Source: Macrostomum lignano (Eukaryota). Taken from it: a stretch of DNA of 45,849 nt. The position numbers and the translations under genes are program-made. How positions within the stretch are numbered: the stretch's first letter is position 1; each line of letters starts with the position of its first letter. The notes under the pieces were generated by a model. The model had not been told where the DNA came from. It did not search any database and saw only the letters and a program-made list of their open reading frames with translations. Of this stretch, positions 10,401 to 23,273 are shown one piece after another. The stretch lies in the NCBI GenBank assembly GCA_002269645.1, contig NIVC01004440.1, forward strand, positions 1-45,849. The letters are read 5' to 3'.

Positions 10401-13400
10401 AGTGTGTCTGTGATACCCTGATATCCTTCAGTGTGTCTGTGATACCCTGATATCCTTCAGTGTGTGCCTGTGATACCCTGATATCCTTCAGTGTGTCTGT
10501 GATACCATGATATCATTCAGTGTGTGCCTGTGATACCCTGATATCCTTCAGTGTATGCCTGTGATACCCTGATATCCTTTAGTGTGCCTGTGATACCCCG
10601 ATATCTTTCAGAGCGTGATCCCTAATCGTTCAGGAGTGACATTGGGAGTGATACACCAGCGAAAATACACCTGGAGAAAATGCCTACCTGCACTAAAATC
10701 ATGTTAAGAGTTGGAACTTCGTCGTCAATAAGGGCTGTTTTGTCCTTAATCATGCTGACTCGAACGCGCACAACGTCGCAAACAATCGAGAAAATACGGC
10801 AGTGAACTAGCAGCTTGTCTGTTCTGCTGTGAATGGTAGAAAATAGCCTGCTACTGAGAATCTTTTTAAACAGGCTAGACTCTTTGCAGGTCCATTCGCC
10901 GTCAAAGTGAGTGAATCCGCGAGGCTTAATTTCGGCTAGTTTGATTTCGACAGCCAACGGAGGGTACTCTCGCAGATTTTCGGGCATGCTGCATAATTCA
11001 TTGACAAGCACGCTGCCAGTGTTGCCGTAGTCGATAAATCTGACCAGAATTTTGCCAGCCTGCGGCGCGCCGAGCACGCAGCAGCGATAATAGTCTCCTT
11101 GGTAGGGAGCCAAAGCCATGAGTCCGACAAATGGCTCACTACTCAATCGAGTTTTAGTGCAATTCTGCAGCTGATTTAGCATCTCGTGCTCCATGCCAAA
11201 GAAATCTTTCGGAATGCCGTAAAAGTGCCCAACATTTACAACATGTGTTGGTTCGACAAAAAAATTTTGTTCTGAACCAAGACAGGCAAGTGGCGATTTT
11301 GGCCCATCATTAGCCGCACCGGCAGCGAGTCGGTCGGGTCTCTTGGAGTAGAACTCCTGCAAGACCGACATGAACTTGCTGCGCTGATTGGCATCTCGAT
11401 AGCGCAAACGAAAGACGGCCATTTTTCCGGCCTTCAGCGCCAGCAGTACCGACGGATGAATTCGGCCAACCAAGGAAGGCAGGCCGCAGGCCGTGTCAGG
11501 ATTAGACTTGGCCTCGGTGTCCATGACGTGCTCAACGTCGAAGCTGACAAAACATTTTGAATTCTCACTGGATACGCTAGGCTCGCCGAGCACTTTGTGC
11601 ATGCAATATTTTTTAACTAAATCGGCTAATTGGCGACGATATAAATCGCCTTCGTTAAGCGGAAATCCGCTAAACATGACCGTATTGCTAGGATCATGGC
11701 CGGCAAACTCTTTACTGGCGCCAGTCTCTCCGTAGGCGGACGTGTCTCTAATAAAGAAATTTGGATAGAAGGCGCCAGCCAGTACGATCGGCAATAAAAT
11801 TTTGTCAACTTCGTCTTGCGGTTCCTTGGCGTTGGCGCCTTGACGCGAATTGGTTGGACGAATGTTAAATTTTTCTAATCGGCGAAGCAAATCAGTGTGC
11901 AAACTTTCTACTTCTTTTAACGCCCTCGGATCAATAAATTTGGTCCGGCACCAGCGAATCACTTCCATATCGGAATGGAAAACGCCCGATTGGCGATTCT
12001 GTAGAAAATTCTTAAATGCGCTGCACATTGCGACGCTGTCCGAGCAAGAGCCTTGTGAGTAGATTAGTTTTTCCTCAAATGAGTAGATAGCCTGGTCCGG
12101 CTGGAAATCGACAATAGGCCTGGAAAATAGGCTTTTACTACTGCTCATGCAAGCGCCAATGATCACTCCGTCTTCTAGGCAGCCAAAAATGAAGCTGAGC
12201 ACAATCAGCTTGCCAACAAGAATGTCAACAGGTAGATGAGCAATTACCCGGCCTAGAAAAGTCAATTCGCCGTCAAAATGATCGGCAACATTGCTTGATA
12301 GAGCGGAAACAAGTTTCAATCGAATAACACTTTCGGCAATTCTAACTGGCGACGGTGGATCGATAGCAGCGGTTAAGAAGCTTAACGGCGCCTCGCCCAT
12401 GAGTTTCACTTTGAGAATGCAATTCTCAATTGGGCAACGAAGCATAGCTGACGGTTCAAACTCCTCTAATTCAGCATCAATCTCTGGGGTAATTAGCCGG
12501 TAACAAACGCCTGACTGTAGGCGACCAGCGCGACCCGAGCGCTGCTTCAAATTGCTTTTTGAAGCCCAACCAACGCGTAGACTGCTCAGCGTTGAGTTGT
12601 CATCCTTGCACAGATACTTAGTCTGGCACAGGTCGATAACGTAAACAATGTCTTCAATGGTAATAGAAGATTCGGCTATATTAGTAGCGAGAATGACTTT
12701 GCGCTTAAATTCGTAGTTGTTGAACGCTCTTCTCTGCTGGTCAGCGCTGACAGTCGAGTGTAGTGGTATTATCTCCCAATCGTGGGGATCGATGCCGACG
12801 CATTTGGACGGATCCTAGAAATTAAAAATTAAGCACGTCATGTAAGTTTATTAATTTTTTACTTTCTATAGAAATTCGACATAGTGCTTGTTACAAGCGG
12901 TTTGTTTTATAGTCATTGCATTCAATTGAACCTTCCAATTTCGTGATTGTTGGTGTGCTAGCTGCTCTGGGTAAGAGTCTTTAGACGTAGAGCATATTCA
13001 GGGTACTGATGAGGGTTGCTAGCGAGACACCGAGCCATTGTTATGGTCATAGACATTTTAAGTCTTTGTAACTTATTGCTAGATTTACAAATCAGTTTAT
13101 AAAACGAAACTCAACAGTTTGCATTTGCATAGTTTTGGCCATAGACAATAGTAAACAACCTTTTACTTGCGCAACACTCGGCCGAGCCGGCCGATTAGCA
13201 AAAATACCCACCCAAAATGCGGACATCTTAATAATTAGATAACGAGGTATATAGCCTTAATAATACAGTCATAGTTACTCCTGCCGTTTACTTAAAACTG
13301 CATTAATTTTTGCTCACGTTTTTTAGGTAAGTCACACGGCCGGTGTACTTTCGGAGGTTGCGCATGTATGTTTATTACTACAGTATGATTGTCTAAATTC

Positions 13401-15244
13401 TCTAGAATAAAAAAGTAATCTTTAACCTTCTTGCATTTTAGAACTCTGTGACGCTTTAATATAAAAATTACTAACCTTGAGATAGTCGCTCAACGATATA
13501 ATATCGTACAGTCCGGGTAGAAAAACTAGCACAGCGCCAGATTCGAAGCTGGCTATTAATCTCTTAATAAGTTGCATCTTGTGATCATTCAGCTCAAAAT
13601 CGTCCGGATCAACGTCCTGGGGAGTTAATCTGGGCAATTGAACATCGTTCTGCATCGGCTGAGAGTTGTTGACGCGTTCAATAGCGTCGTGATAGTAATA
13701 AGTCTCTACATCATAGGGCGCCTCGGAGACCCTAATGGTGTCCAAGGTGTCATCAGCCTTGTCGCTGCACAGGTAACGACGGATTTTTGCGTCATCCATT
13801 GTGGCGCTCATGACGACAAGCTTAGTTCCTGTTCCCGATGCGCCCATTAGCTGTTTGATAACTAATAGGCACATGTCCATCTCAAGGTCGCGCTCGTGCG
13901 CCTCATCTAGAATAATATGACTCCAATAGTCTAGCCGCTTGGAGTGAATCAGCTTCTCCAGCAGGACACCAGTAGTGACATACAGAATGCAAGTATCCTG
14001 GGATTGCTGATTATCTAAACCGATTTGATAACCGCACCGGGCATTTTTGGCCCAATTTCTTTGCTTACAAATCCAATCCGACACTGAGACAGCGGCAATA
14101 CGACGCGGCTGCGTAACAATAATATTAACCGGCTGTTCCTTGTCAACGGCATTGTCTAGAATATACTGCGGCACTTGGGTACTCTTGCCGCAGCCAGTAT
14201 TGCCTTGAATAAACACAATATCGCTGCATTGCAATGATCGCAATATGTCCTCTCTGTGCTGTAGAATTGGCAGCCGTTTATAACGGGCCGGATCCCATGG
14301 CAGGTCGCTGCTGCGCGGCACAATTCTAGGCGCGGCAAGGCCTGAAGGCTGGGCCTCAACAATAGTGTGATTGGTTTGATCGCGCAAACTAGTGATATTA
14401 GTAAGGGTTTCCAAGGCGCTAATGCTGGCAGATTCTGGCCGGATTTGTTGCCGCTGAAACCGCTGCTCCCGCTGTTGTTGCTCGTATTCGGCGGCGGTTG
14501 GGCCGTCACTACTAGCAGTAGCACCGCCATCTCTAGATGTTGCCGCGATGTTACGTGTGAGAACGTAATTATTTATGCCGAGCGATTCAACTTGTCTGAC
14601 AGCCTGCAGTTGAGAAGTTCAAATAGGAAACAAATTTAGCTAGAATATTTACATCGACGAAGCCTAAATTTATGCTCGTACTAAATAAGACCATAAGAAG
14701 GATTAGAGAATTCTCAGTGAAGGACCAGAGAGCCAAAGAAGAATTAGAGGGGGCCCAGAGAAGGACCAGAGGAAACCAGTGAAGATCAGAGAGAATCCAG
14801 TGAAGGATCAAAGAGAATCCAGTGAGGACCAGAGAGAATCCAGTGAAGGATCAGAGAATTTAGTGAAGGATCAGAGAGAATCCAGTGAAGGATCAGAGAG
14901 AATCGAGAGAAGAATCAGAGGGAATCCAGTGAAGGACCAGAGGGAAACAGTGAAGGACCAGAGGGAATCCAGTTAAGGACCAGAGGGAAACAGTGAAGCA
15001 CCAGAGAGAATCCAGTGAAGCACCAGAGAGAATCCAGTGAAGGACCAGAAACAGGCACGAGTCAGTTAGGAAGACAAGCCAAAATTAGCTAAATTAAACT
15101 TACCTGAGCATAAGCGGGCGAGTTGTCTAATCCTTGGCTTCTATCAGTCTGAACAGCAGGTTGGGGCCGAAAATTCTTAGGCTCCGTTGAAATACGTGTC
15201 AGCCCAGTTGGATTAAAGGTTTCACCATGGACAAAGGTGCGCAT
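7471..15244 (-). CDS. TDRD9: Spindle-E/TDRD9 ATP-dependent DEAH RNA helicase-Tudor protein (piRNA pathway), ~1,580 aa
   Basis: Exons (minus strand) 15244-15104, 14603-13476, 12814-10688, 9610-8835, 8038-7471. All junctions are GT-AG with consistent phases. Motifs: GNTGCGKSTQVPQ, TQPRRIAA, DEAH, MSAT, VFLPG, TNIAESSITI, QRSGRAGR, HA2 region, LAGAFYPNFF, RRM-like segment, Tudor (YYRC...FIDYGN), TDRD9-typical FPHIPGLPALLCLLFAP, C-terminal C-x2-C...H-x5-H. The 5' start is uncertain: acceptor-like AGs at 15281-15289 allow an upstream exon or trans-splicing. Confidence 0.93.
8491..8732. repeat. 30-bp minisatellite in spn-E intron (~8 units)
   Basis: Unit ATGAGCCTTGACATCTTAGCAATTCCACCT. Confidence 0.95.
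9653..10612. repeat. 25-29-bp minisatellite filling spn-E intron (~35 units)
   Basis: Unit TGTGATACCCTGATATCCTTCAGTGTG(A/T/C)C with length variants. Confidence 0.95.
13160..13370. mobile_element. hAT-type MITE, subfamily C, in spn-E intron (left TIR decayed)
   Basis: Right end TTCGGAGGTTGCGCATGTATG and internal acagtcatagttactcctg are shared with 17761-18069. Confidence 0.7.
14713..15050. repeat. ~20-bp minisatellite in spn-E first intron
   Basis: Unit GAGAATCCAGTGAAGGA(C/T)CA. Confidence 0.9.
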
Positions 15245-15790
15245 CAACTGGTTGACAAACGCTGGATCACCAGCAGCAAACTGAGACCTGCACACAAGTC
15301 AAGTTTGGTGAATATGTTAAAGGGCTTTTTCTAATAAAAATAAAACAATCTTCATTGAGGCGGCCAGAGGCCATGTGACTAGGAGTCAGTGTATCTGATC
15401 CTTATTATCAAAGTGCTAGGTTTTTCTATCTGAAAAAAGCACTTGTCAAAGCTATTGCTAGTTTTTCAACCAAAAAGATACCTTAGATGTGGATCTCTGA
15501 GTTAAAGAAAGCTAGAGTGAATCATAGTGTATTCAGTGAGATTTGTAGTTTTCTTAGCCAGCTATAACATGCAACTAACAGCAACAATATCAATACTTCT
15601 GTTGTGTCTGAGACCACTAAAGTTATTTATGCCCATATCTTGTGCAACATTCTTAATGTTATAAAACACTCAATCTCATGGCAAATTTTCATTCTACTTA
15701 ACTACTTGACAAAACTCGACTCAAAAAACTCAGCTTGAGTTTGTCTAGGCTCTACTGTATAGCTAAGCTTATGGAGCCAATTGCTAGACT

Positions 15791-15950
15791 CAGGGGTGTA
15801 GCCAAGGGGGGTCATGGGGGACATGACCTCCCCTCCCAGCCAGCTGATCCAGGCCAAATTTTCAGGCCCCTCCCCCATTGCAAAGGCCTAGCACCCCCTG
15901 CCCCTGGTTGCTGCTGTGAGCCTGTGACTAACTGTGACCCCCCCCAGAAT
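15791..15950. mobile_element. GC-rich remnant resembling a hAT-type transposon end
   Basis: Starts CAGGGGTGTAGCCAAGGGGGG, similar to common CAGGGG-type hAT termini. No partner end or TSD found. Confidence 0.3.
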
Positions 15951-16767
15951 ACTTCAAATTGTCAATTTTGAAACATTGCTATTAGACTAGTGTTTTCAAT
16001 TTTAATATTTAATTTTAATTAGATGCAGTTAAAAAATAAAAAGATGTTTATATATCTAAAGAACAAAAACAAAACTTTGCATTTTTGTTAAAATTTCAAA
16101 TTTTTACTTTGTAAAAAACAGGGAAATCAGTTCTGCATTAAATAGTTATCAAATTTTATATTTATATATACATAGAAAAGTATTGTGATTATTACTAATG
16201 TAATTGTTTCTTTTTTGGTGCATGGTAAACACCAAAATATTTTATACTCTGGATCATGTTGGATGCATGCTAGAATATACACCAGGGAGTTTTTTGTTTG
16301 TACACTTATTGAATGTCATCCTCACCAATTAAATGCTATATACACCATTGACAATAATTAAGAGGCCTACAAAAAAGCAAAAAATATATGCAAACATATG
16401 TTTAAAAATGCACAAGAAATTTTAGAAAAAATTTATAACTATAGGCATTAGCATAAAACTATTTTTTAATAATTTTTGGTAACAAAATATTTTTCTCTTT
16501 TCTAGTAAAAATAAATAATATAAAGTAAACTTAGTTATTTTCAGAAACTCAAGACTGTCCTACTATACCCCTATAGGAAAAAGTTGTAAAACTGCGGATG
16601 GTGTCCGGCGCAGTTTTGAAATTTTTCTAAAGCACAGCGCACACACAGGCGCAGCGTCTGCGCGCGCTGCCCTTTCTTACTGGCTACTGCTCTAGCAAAT
16701 ACATATACATGGAAATGGGTATAATACCTCTGTTGAAGGGGCTTATACACTTGTAATTTATTAAGCT

Positions 16768-17080
16768 TAGAGATGTTCCGAAAATTCAATTTCAATTTTC
16801 CAAAATTTGAATTTTTTTAGAGCAAATTTCAATTTTGAAAAAAAAATTTAGAAGTGAAAATTTTGGTTGTGTCGAAAAAGTTGCTAAAAATAAACTACTT
16901 TCTACTACATATACATGTATTACTTTTTGCTTAAGCAGTAAATTGAAAGTAAAAAAGTGAGTGTTGATGATACTAAACTTTGTTTTTCTGAATTATGATT
17001 TCGGGAAATTTCAATTTTGATTTTGGAAAGTTAGCGAATTTTGATTTCGACGAAACTGCAGATCTTTCGGAACATCTCTA
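16768..17080. mobile_element. hAT-like MITE with TAGAGATG termini
   Basis: TIR TAGAGATGTTCCGAAA...TTTCGGAACATCTCTA. The 8-bp flanks ATTAAGCT / ATAATCCT match at 5 of 8 positions (decayed TSD). Confidence 0.6.
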
Positions 17081-17760
17081 ATAATCCTAAAGCGTGGTAA
17101 AATAGTTTGACTCTTTTCTAAAGCGCATGTCGCGGGTTTTTAACATTTATTCCAATAGGATACTATACAAGCATACTATACCACATTCTATGCCATCAAG
17201 CTATTACATAGCATAGTATATGACTATGTTATATATCCAAATGTAGGCCAAACACTTTAGCCAAACTTAATGCATGCCAATATATACATTTTTTGGATAA
17301 ACCAAATGCATACTAGAATTTTCTAGAATAATACATACTTTCTAAAGTAAAGAAAACTTTAAATGTATATACTAAAAAGCCTGTAATAATTTTTATATCA
17401 ATATATACACCAAAATTCTCAAATATACCCTGGAAATTTCTGGCATATATGCCTCTTGCCTGACTATAGATATATAAATATGATAAAAAATGATGTGTTA
17501 ATAAAATTATTAAAAAATTAAATGATAATCTTCTATGTCAACAACTAAAGATTGCAATGCTAGGATCCTAATCTCAAATCATTTTAATTTAAATAAGTTG
17601 CAATCAAATTATAAATTTATTTTTTCATATAGGCCTCCATTATATATAATAAAACTATTGCTTTTTCTTTTGTTTGTATCTTTTACTTTTATATACATCA
17701 ATTAAGTTCAATTGTACATTATTTTTGCACTGTGCAAACACTGCAAACTATATACTCTAT

Positions 17761-18069
17761 CATACATGCGCAACAGTCAGCCGAGTCGGCCAAACCGGCC
17801 GACTGATTTGGCAGCCAACCAAGGAAGTTGCAAAAATGCCCATCCAAAAAGTAGTACTTACTACTTAGTAGTAGTAGTACTAAGTAGCTGATGAAGCATT
17901 TTGGCCTTATAAGACAGTCATAGTTACTCCTGTCATTTACCCAAAATTGCCTTAATTTTGCTTTAGGGTTTTTTTACATGTAAGTTGCATTTTTGGCCAA
18001 AAACTATGTAGCATTTTTGTTAAAACTAAGTTGCATGGCTGACCAAATTTCGGAGGTTGCGCATGTATG
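17761..18069. mobile_element. hAT-type MITE, subfamily C (309 bp)
   Basis: Perfect 14-bp TIR CATACATGCGCAAC/GTTGCGCATGTATG and perfect 8-bp TSD TACTCTAT (17753-17760, 18070-18077). Confidence 0.92.
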
Positions 18070-18169
18070 TACTCTATTCTATAGCTAAAGACAAGTTAAA
18101 GTAAATTACATAAACATAATTAAAAGGAAATTATAATTCTTGCAAAAACAAGGAAACCATAGTCCCAAT

Positions 18170-18610
18170 TATGCTAGGTATATGCCTGAACAAATATTGA
18201 ATAATTACAAATGCATGCCAAAAAAACTTTTTGCATGCCCATTCCTAATACTACATTGGCAACAATAAATGACATTTTTTGAATTGCATTAAAGAACCTG
18301 TATGACAGATAATTTGATTGACTTTCATAGTTTTTCATGATACTATTTATGGTAGAAAATTGATACATGCAGATTTGTTTAAATGCTTAATTACAAGCTT
18401 AAAAAACCAGGAAAGCTTGAAATTTACATTTGGAAAAGGATTTTTATCTTTTATTCTATTTAATACTAACTTTTCTATATGATTCTATAAAGTGCACACC
18501 AAGTGTTCATACACACTATTTTCTTAGGAGTGATACATGCCAACTATGCATATCTACTTTTGGCATGCAGGGCTAATGCATGCCCAATTTTTTGGGCATA
18601 TACTATATAT
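18170..18610. repeat. Inverted paralogue of the 1860-2420 dispersed repeat, lacking the MITE insertion
   Basis: Reverse complement reads ggtgtgcactttatagaatcatatagaaaagttagtattaa, the empty-site equivalent of 1925-2150. Confidence 0.65.
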
Positions 18611-19258
18611 AAAATCTACAACTAAATAATCAAATGATAGATAAAACAAAGTCAATCTAAAGGAAAAGCTTATATGCATTATAGAATAGTATTGTATCAA
18701 AAGAATTATCCAAATTATATACTAGTTTTCTACCATAAGGGGAGGTCTATATGCTATAGCTAGCTATAAACAAAACTATAGCTTATTCTAATTATTTGTA
18801 TTCTATAGCCATAGGGACCCCAATATTACTATATTCCCTTCATTTGCATAGCCATAGTTTTAACAAGTTTAAAAAAACATTAAATTAGAAAGATAGCCTA
18901 ATAACAACTGCAAATAAAAGTAGAAAATAAAATAAACATATGATTGCCTTTTAAGATTATATTTTATCCTTTTTATAAAGTAATTTATAGAGTACTCTTT
19001 TTTATAGAGTAACAATACTTAATCACTACTGAAAGTACTAATGCTAAACTTTTTAATATTTATAAAAGCTAGAGTTTGCTAATGTTTTATTGTACATTAT
19101 TAGGTATAATCTATATATAAGTTTTCAAGTCTATAATATAGTCTACCAAAGTATCTAGTTGTTTTATTCTACTTGTCTTGAATATTTTTATTGTTTTAAA
19201 TTAATAATCTATAGCTATGGAAATCTATGGAATTTAAAACAACTACCATATTTTTAGT

Positions 19259-19573
19259 CATACATGCCCAACTTCAAAATTTCACCCATCTGGTGCAACT
19301 CAGTTTTGTCCAGATTTGCAACTTATTTCCTCTCAATTGCAACTTAGTTCCCTAATTGCGACTTAATTTTCACTTTGTATATGACTTTTCTTGCTTTTTT
19401 CTTTTTTTCTTTTCTTTCTTTCTCTCTTTCTTTTTCTCTCTTTCTTACTTTTTTCCTTTTCTTTTTTCTCTAATTTTTTTGTTTTTTGCTTTTTTGATTT
19501 TGCAACTTACCTTGGCTGGCGGCTATTTCACCCATCTGTTTCAGATGGGTTGGATGGATGTTGGGCATATATG
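19259..19573. mobile_element. hAT-type MITE, subfamily B, second copy
   Basis: TIR CATACATGCCCAAC...GTTGGGCATATATG. Internal sequence is collinear with 3295-3672. TSD decayed (TTTTTAGT/TCCATAGT). Confidence 0.78.
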
Positions 19574-21271
19574 TCCATAGTCATAGCCATAAAAGCAGCT
19601 ATCTACTGTAACCATATTTGTAGTTGCTAAAGGCACCTATTTTACCATATTTGCTATAAGATCTTATAGCCATAGCTATAGCTACGGTAGAATACCATAC
19701 ACAAATATTTTCCCTTATAGTCAAAAAGGTAACATTTGAAAAGGCAACAATCATATATTTATTACAATTATAAGTTTATATATATTAGACTTTTAGACTT
19801 TAGAACATAAGAATGTGTTCATAATATATTTGATAAAATTTACAAGTAGTTAAAATTAGACCTAGATTTGTGTAGGCATATTTGGTAACCTTATTAAAAT
19901 TTACCAGTAGGCCTGGCAATAATATGAATTTGTGATATATTTTATGATTCTTAGCCAACAATTAAAAAGCTTTATGAATATTGATCAACTAATAAAAAGG
20001 CAAAACATATTAAAAGATGAATATTGACTCATTGAGTCTAGACTAAAACAATAATAACTTTCTATGTTGATAATGAAAACTCACTGTCTATATTATTATT
20101 TTTTTAAAAAAACTGCCTTGTAAAATATTCTAAGAAATAGGGTTTCCCATCCTTTGATACCTAAGTAGTCTTTGGTATATTACTTACATATAAAATGCCA
20201 ACACAACTCTAAGTCTAAAATCTACATTTTCAACAAAATTCATTCTAACAAATATACATCTTGACATGCAAGTAAAAAAATGTAGATTTGTAACTGTTGA
20301 CTGTCACTCTTTGGACTATTGCCCTTTTGACTAATGTCCTTCTAACTATAATATTGCCTTTTTGATTTGTTCTCATTGAGGCCTAAAGCCTATAATAGTA
20401 CAGCTAAGCAAGATTTCATTTATATTAATGGGTGCTTTACTGCTTTGCTAAGAATGCTGAATGCTGACACACTTACCAGCCTTTGTTTAAGAATAATATT
20501 GTTGTGATGAGCTGAGTTTAACAAAACAAGAGTGCATTTTTATCATCTTTTGGCCCAAGGCATCTTTGACTATAACTTAGAGTCTACAACTCTACGCCTA
20601 GACTAGTCATAGAGTTGTAAAAAAACCAAAAATACTAAACAAGTCTAGCCTCTAGCTAGTTAGGCCTAAATATTAAATAAGTTATTAAACAATGAATACG
20701 TTAAAAACCATTAGGGCCTAAAACATTCAAAATCATGATAGATAGGGCTTGGATGCCTAGTAGACATTTTTACGAAATAGAATAAAGTAGACTAGAGATA
20801 ACAAATTCAAAACTTACATTTTTTACTGTCTAGGTTACTAGGCCTGCCTAGGCTCTAGGCTTATCTTTGACAAGCCAGTCAATCAGATTAGGCAAGACAA
20901 GAGAGCATGCATTCAATGAACTAAAGAAAGACGAATTTTAGAATTAGAAAAGTATATTTGGACTACTAAATTGAAAACAAGAAGGAGTGGTAATAATATA
21001 TTATCGTTTAAAACAAATTTTAATTTTTTACTGACCGAACTGTGCAGGATTAAATTGGCCCGCGTCGAGCATATTCTCGACCTATGATTTTAAAACGACT
21101 TTCAAAGTAATCAAACAATTTTAAAGACTAAAAGATAAACAAATTTTTAACTGCATGCTTTCACACGTTAGTAAATAGCAATTAATTTTAATTGAAGTTA
21201 TCTAAATAAAAAATTTAAATTATTTGATGCTTCATTGTTAAAATTAGTCAACTTTTTCATTGCTATTTAAA

Positions 21272-21933
21272 GGGTGCGTTCGAGTGACTTAAAATGACTT
21301 AAACTGCCATTTTAACGTCCTTAGTAAAACAAATGTTAAGCAGACTAAATGTAAAAATAATCTAGGTAAATGATAGTCAAATTACAATTAAGAATTAATT
21401 CAATTTCTAAAACCGGTCTAAGATTAAAAAACGTCGCCTATACTTCTTCCAACTCAACCTGAACGCCTAGGCACCGTTTTAACTTCGCTCGCAATTACCA
21501 CATTTATCGTAATTGAATATTTTGTATTCTTCACCTTTGTTCTATCATTTGCTTTCACGTCTTTTTGCTCAGTTCGCTGCCCGTCATTATAGTCTTTGAA
21601 TAATTGCTTAAATATTGTTTATTTATTGAACTGAGCAAAAAGACGTGAAAGCAAATGATAGAACAAAGGTGAAGAATACAAAATATTCAATTACGATTAA
21701 ATGTGGTAATTGCGAGCGAAGTTAAAACGGTGCCTAGGCGTTCAGGTTGAGTTGGAAGAAGTATAGGCGACGTTTTTTTAATCTTAGACCGGTTTTAGAA
21801 ATTGAATTAATTCTTAATTGTAATTTGACTATCATTTACCTAGATTATTTTTACATTTAGTCTGCTTAACATTTGTTTTACTAAGGACGTTAAAATGGCA
21901 GTTTAAGTCATTTTAAGTCACTCGAACACACCC
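21272..21933. mobile_element. Near-perfect long inverted repeat / foldback element, PIF-Harbinger(Tourist)-like MITE
   Basis: Arms 21272-21575 and 21628-21933 differ by one substitution and two 1-bp indels where I compared them; 52-bp spacer. Termini GGGTG(C/T)GTTCGAG, flanked by AAA on both sides (3-bp TSD). Confidence 0.85.
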
Positions 21934-22440
21934 AAAGTAAACACAAAAATAAATATTTCTAAGAAAGAGAAAGTTCTAAAGAATAAAGATAGTTTAGGCC
22001 TAAACTACATGAAACTGCAACTAACAAGTTTTATTTAGCTGAGTTGTCTATTAATTAATAAAAAAGGATTATGCTCATTTATATATCTTGCAGCTGTTTT
22101 GATATATTCCTCGTAAATTTGGCCTCAAATCTGAAATCATTCACGGACTTATTATTTTGCATTGTCGTCTCGTAACTCGTCTTTCATAATAATTATATCA
22201 GTGTATGTAGGCCTAGTACATAGATAATTTAGGGTCGGTGAAAATTCCTTTCGAAGAAACACTTTGTCAAATTTTAATCAATATTTTTCTTCTGATTTCA
22301 GTATTTAATTTTCATCTGTAATATTCCACTGATAGTGATGTGATCGGCCTAGGCTTATCTTATTTAGGTCAAATTAAAGAAAAACTTGACATAAATGCCA
22401 TTCCCCATGTTTAGTGGTGCAGTCAGAAATTTATTTCGAG

Positions 22441-23273
22441 GGGCCCATTGGTGCGCGGTCATTTTGTCTGCCACTTTTTCATCTGCGGCAGACAAAACAA
22501 CTTTTTAAAATAAGCAGCAAAATAAGTTTTATAAATGGCTGAAATTAATTTATAGAGTATTTTTAATAGTTAGAATTTAATAGTAATTTTCAGATTTAGA
22601 ATTAAATGTAGTTTTTGTATTTTTTATTTTGCTTATTGCAATGTTTCCAAGAAATACAATTTTTCATTTATAAGCTTTAATTGAATCTACATAGTGAGCT
22701 GTGAATGGATTTATAATTTGTGCACGTATAATGGGATTTATAATTCTTACTGCCATTATACACTTTTACCATTTTCCGCCATTGTGCATTTAGTGACAGG
22801 TATTCTTTTATACAGTAATATGTACATTTTTACTGCCACTATACACTTTGTGTATTTGAATACACTGAATTTTCGGTATTGTCCAATACAAAGTAAACAA
22901 ATCCTAATAAATAAAATAATTCTAACTTGACTAATTGCTTTTGAGCTTTGAAGCTTTGAGACAGTTAAGAGATAGTATGGCATGCCATATCATGACGAAA
23001 ATGCATTGAATTTGTTCAATTGCATAGTTTATTAAATATAAACAAAAATATTTAGAAATTACTTGTATAGGCCGTAAGTCATCGCTACTAAGAAATGATC
23101 CCAATATCTTAATCACTGTTATCTCAAATATCTCAAATCTCAAATTAATGACAACAACTTATTGAAAACTTATTAACACTTATTAAAACTTTATTATTCA
23201 TTAGCAGACAAAATGACTGTATTGTATTCTTGCAGACAAAAGGGTAGCAGACGAAACAACCATCAACTAACCC
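22441..23273. mobile_element. Old non-autonomous DNA element with inverted subterminal TTTGTCTGC repeats
   Basis: ggtcattttgtctgc near 22458 vs gcagacaaaatgac near 23203. GGG/CCC ends. Boundaries uncertain. Confidence 0.35.

Noticed and set aside
7508-14639. Overlapping alternative-frame and antisense ORFs inside spn-E exons
   Set aside because: Short by-products of GC-rich coding sequence, mostly opened at GTG/TTG starts that do not apply to a eukaryotic gene.
22093-22201. Plus-strand AG...GT-bounded segment that could be a small exon
   Set aside because: Stops in all three frames and no linked exons. Such signals arise by chance, though a non-coding exon cannot be excluded without RNA data.
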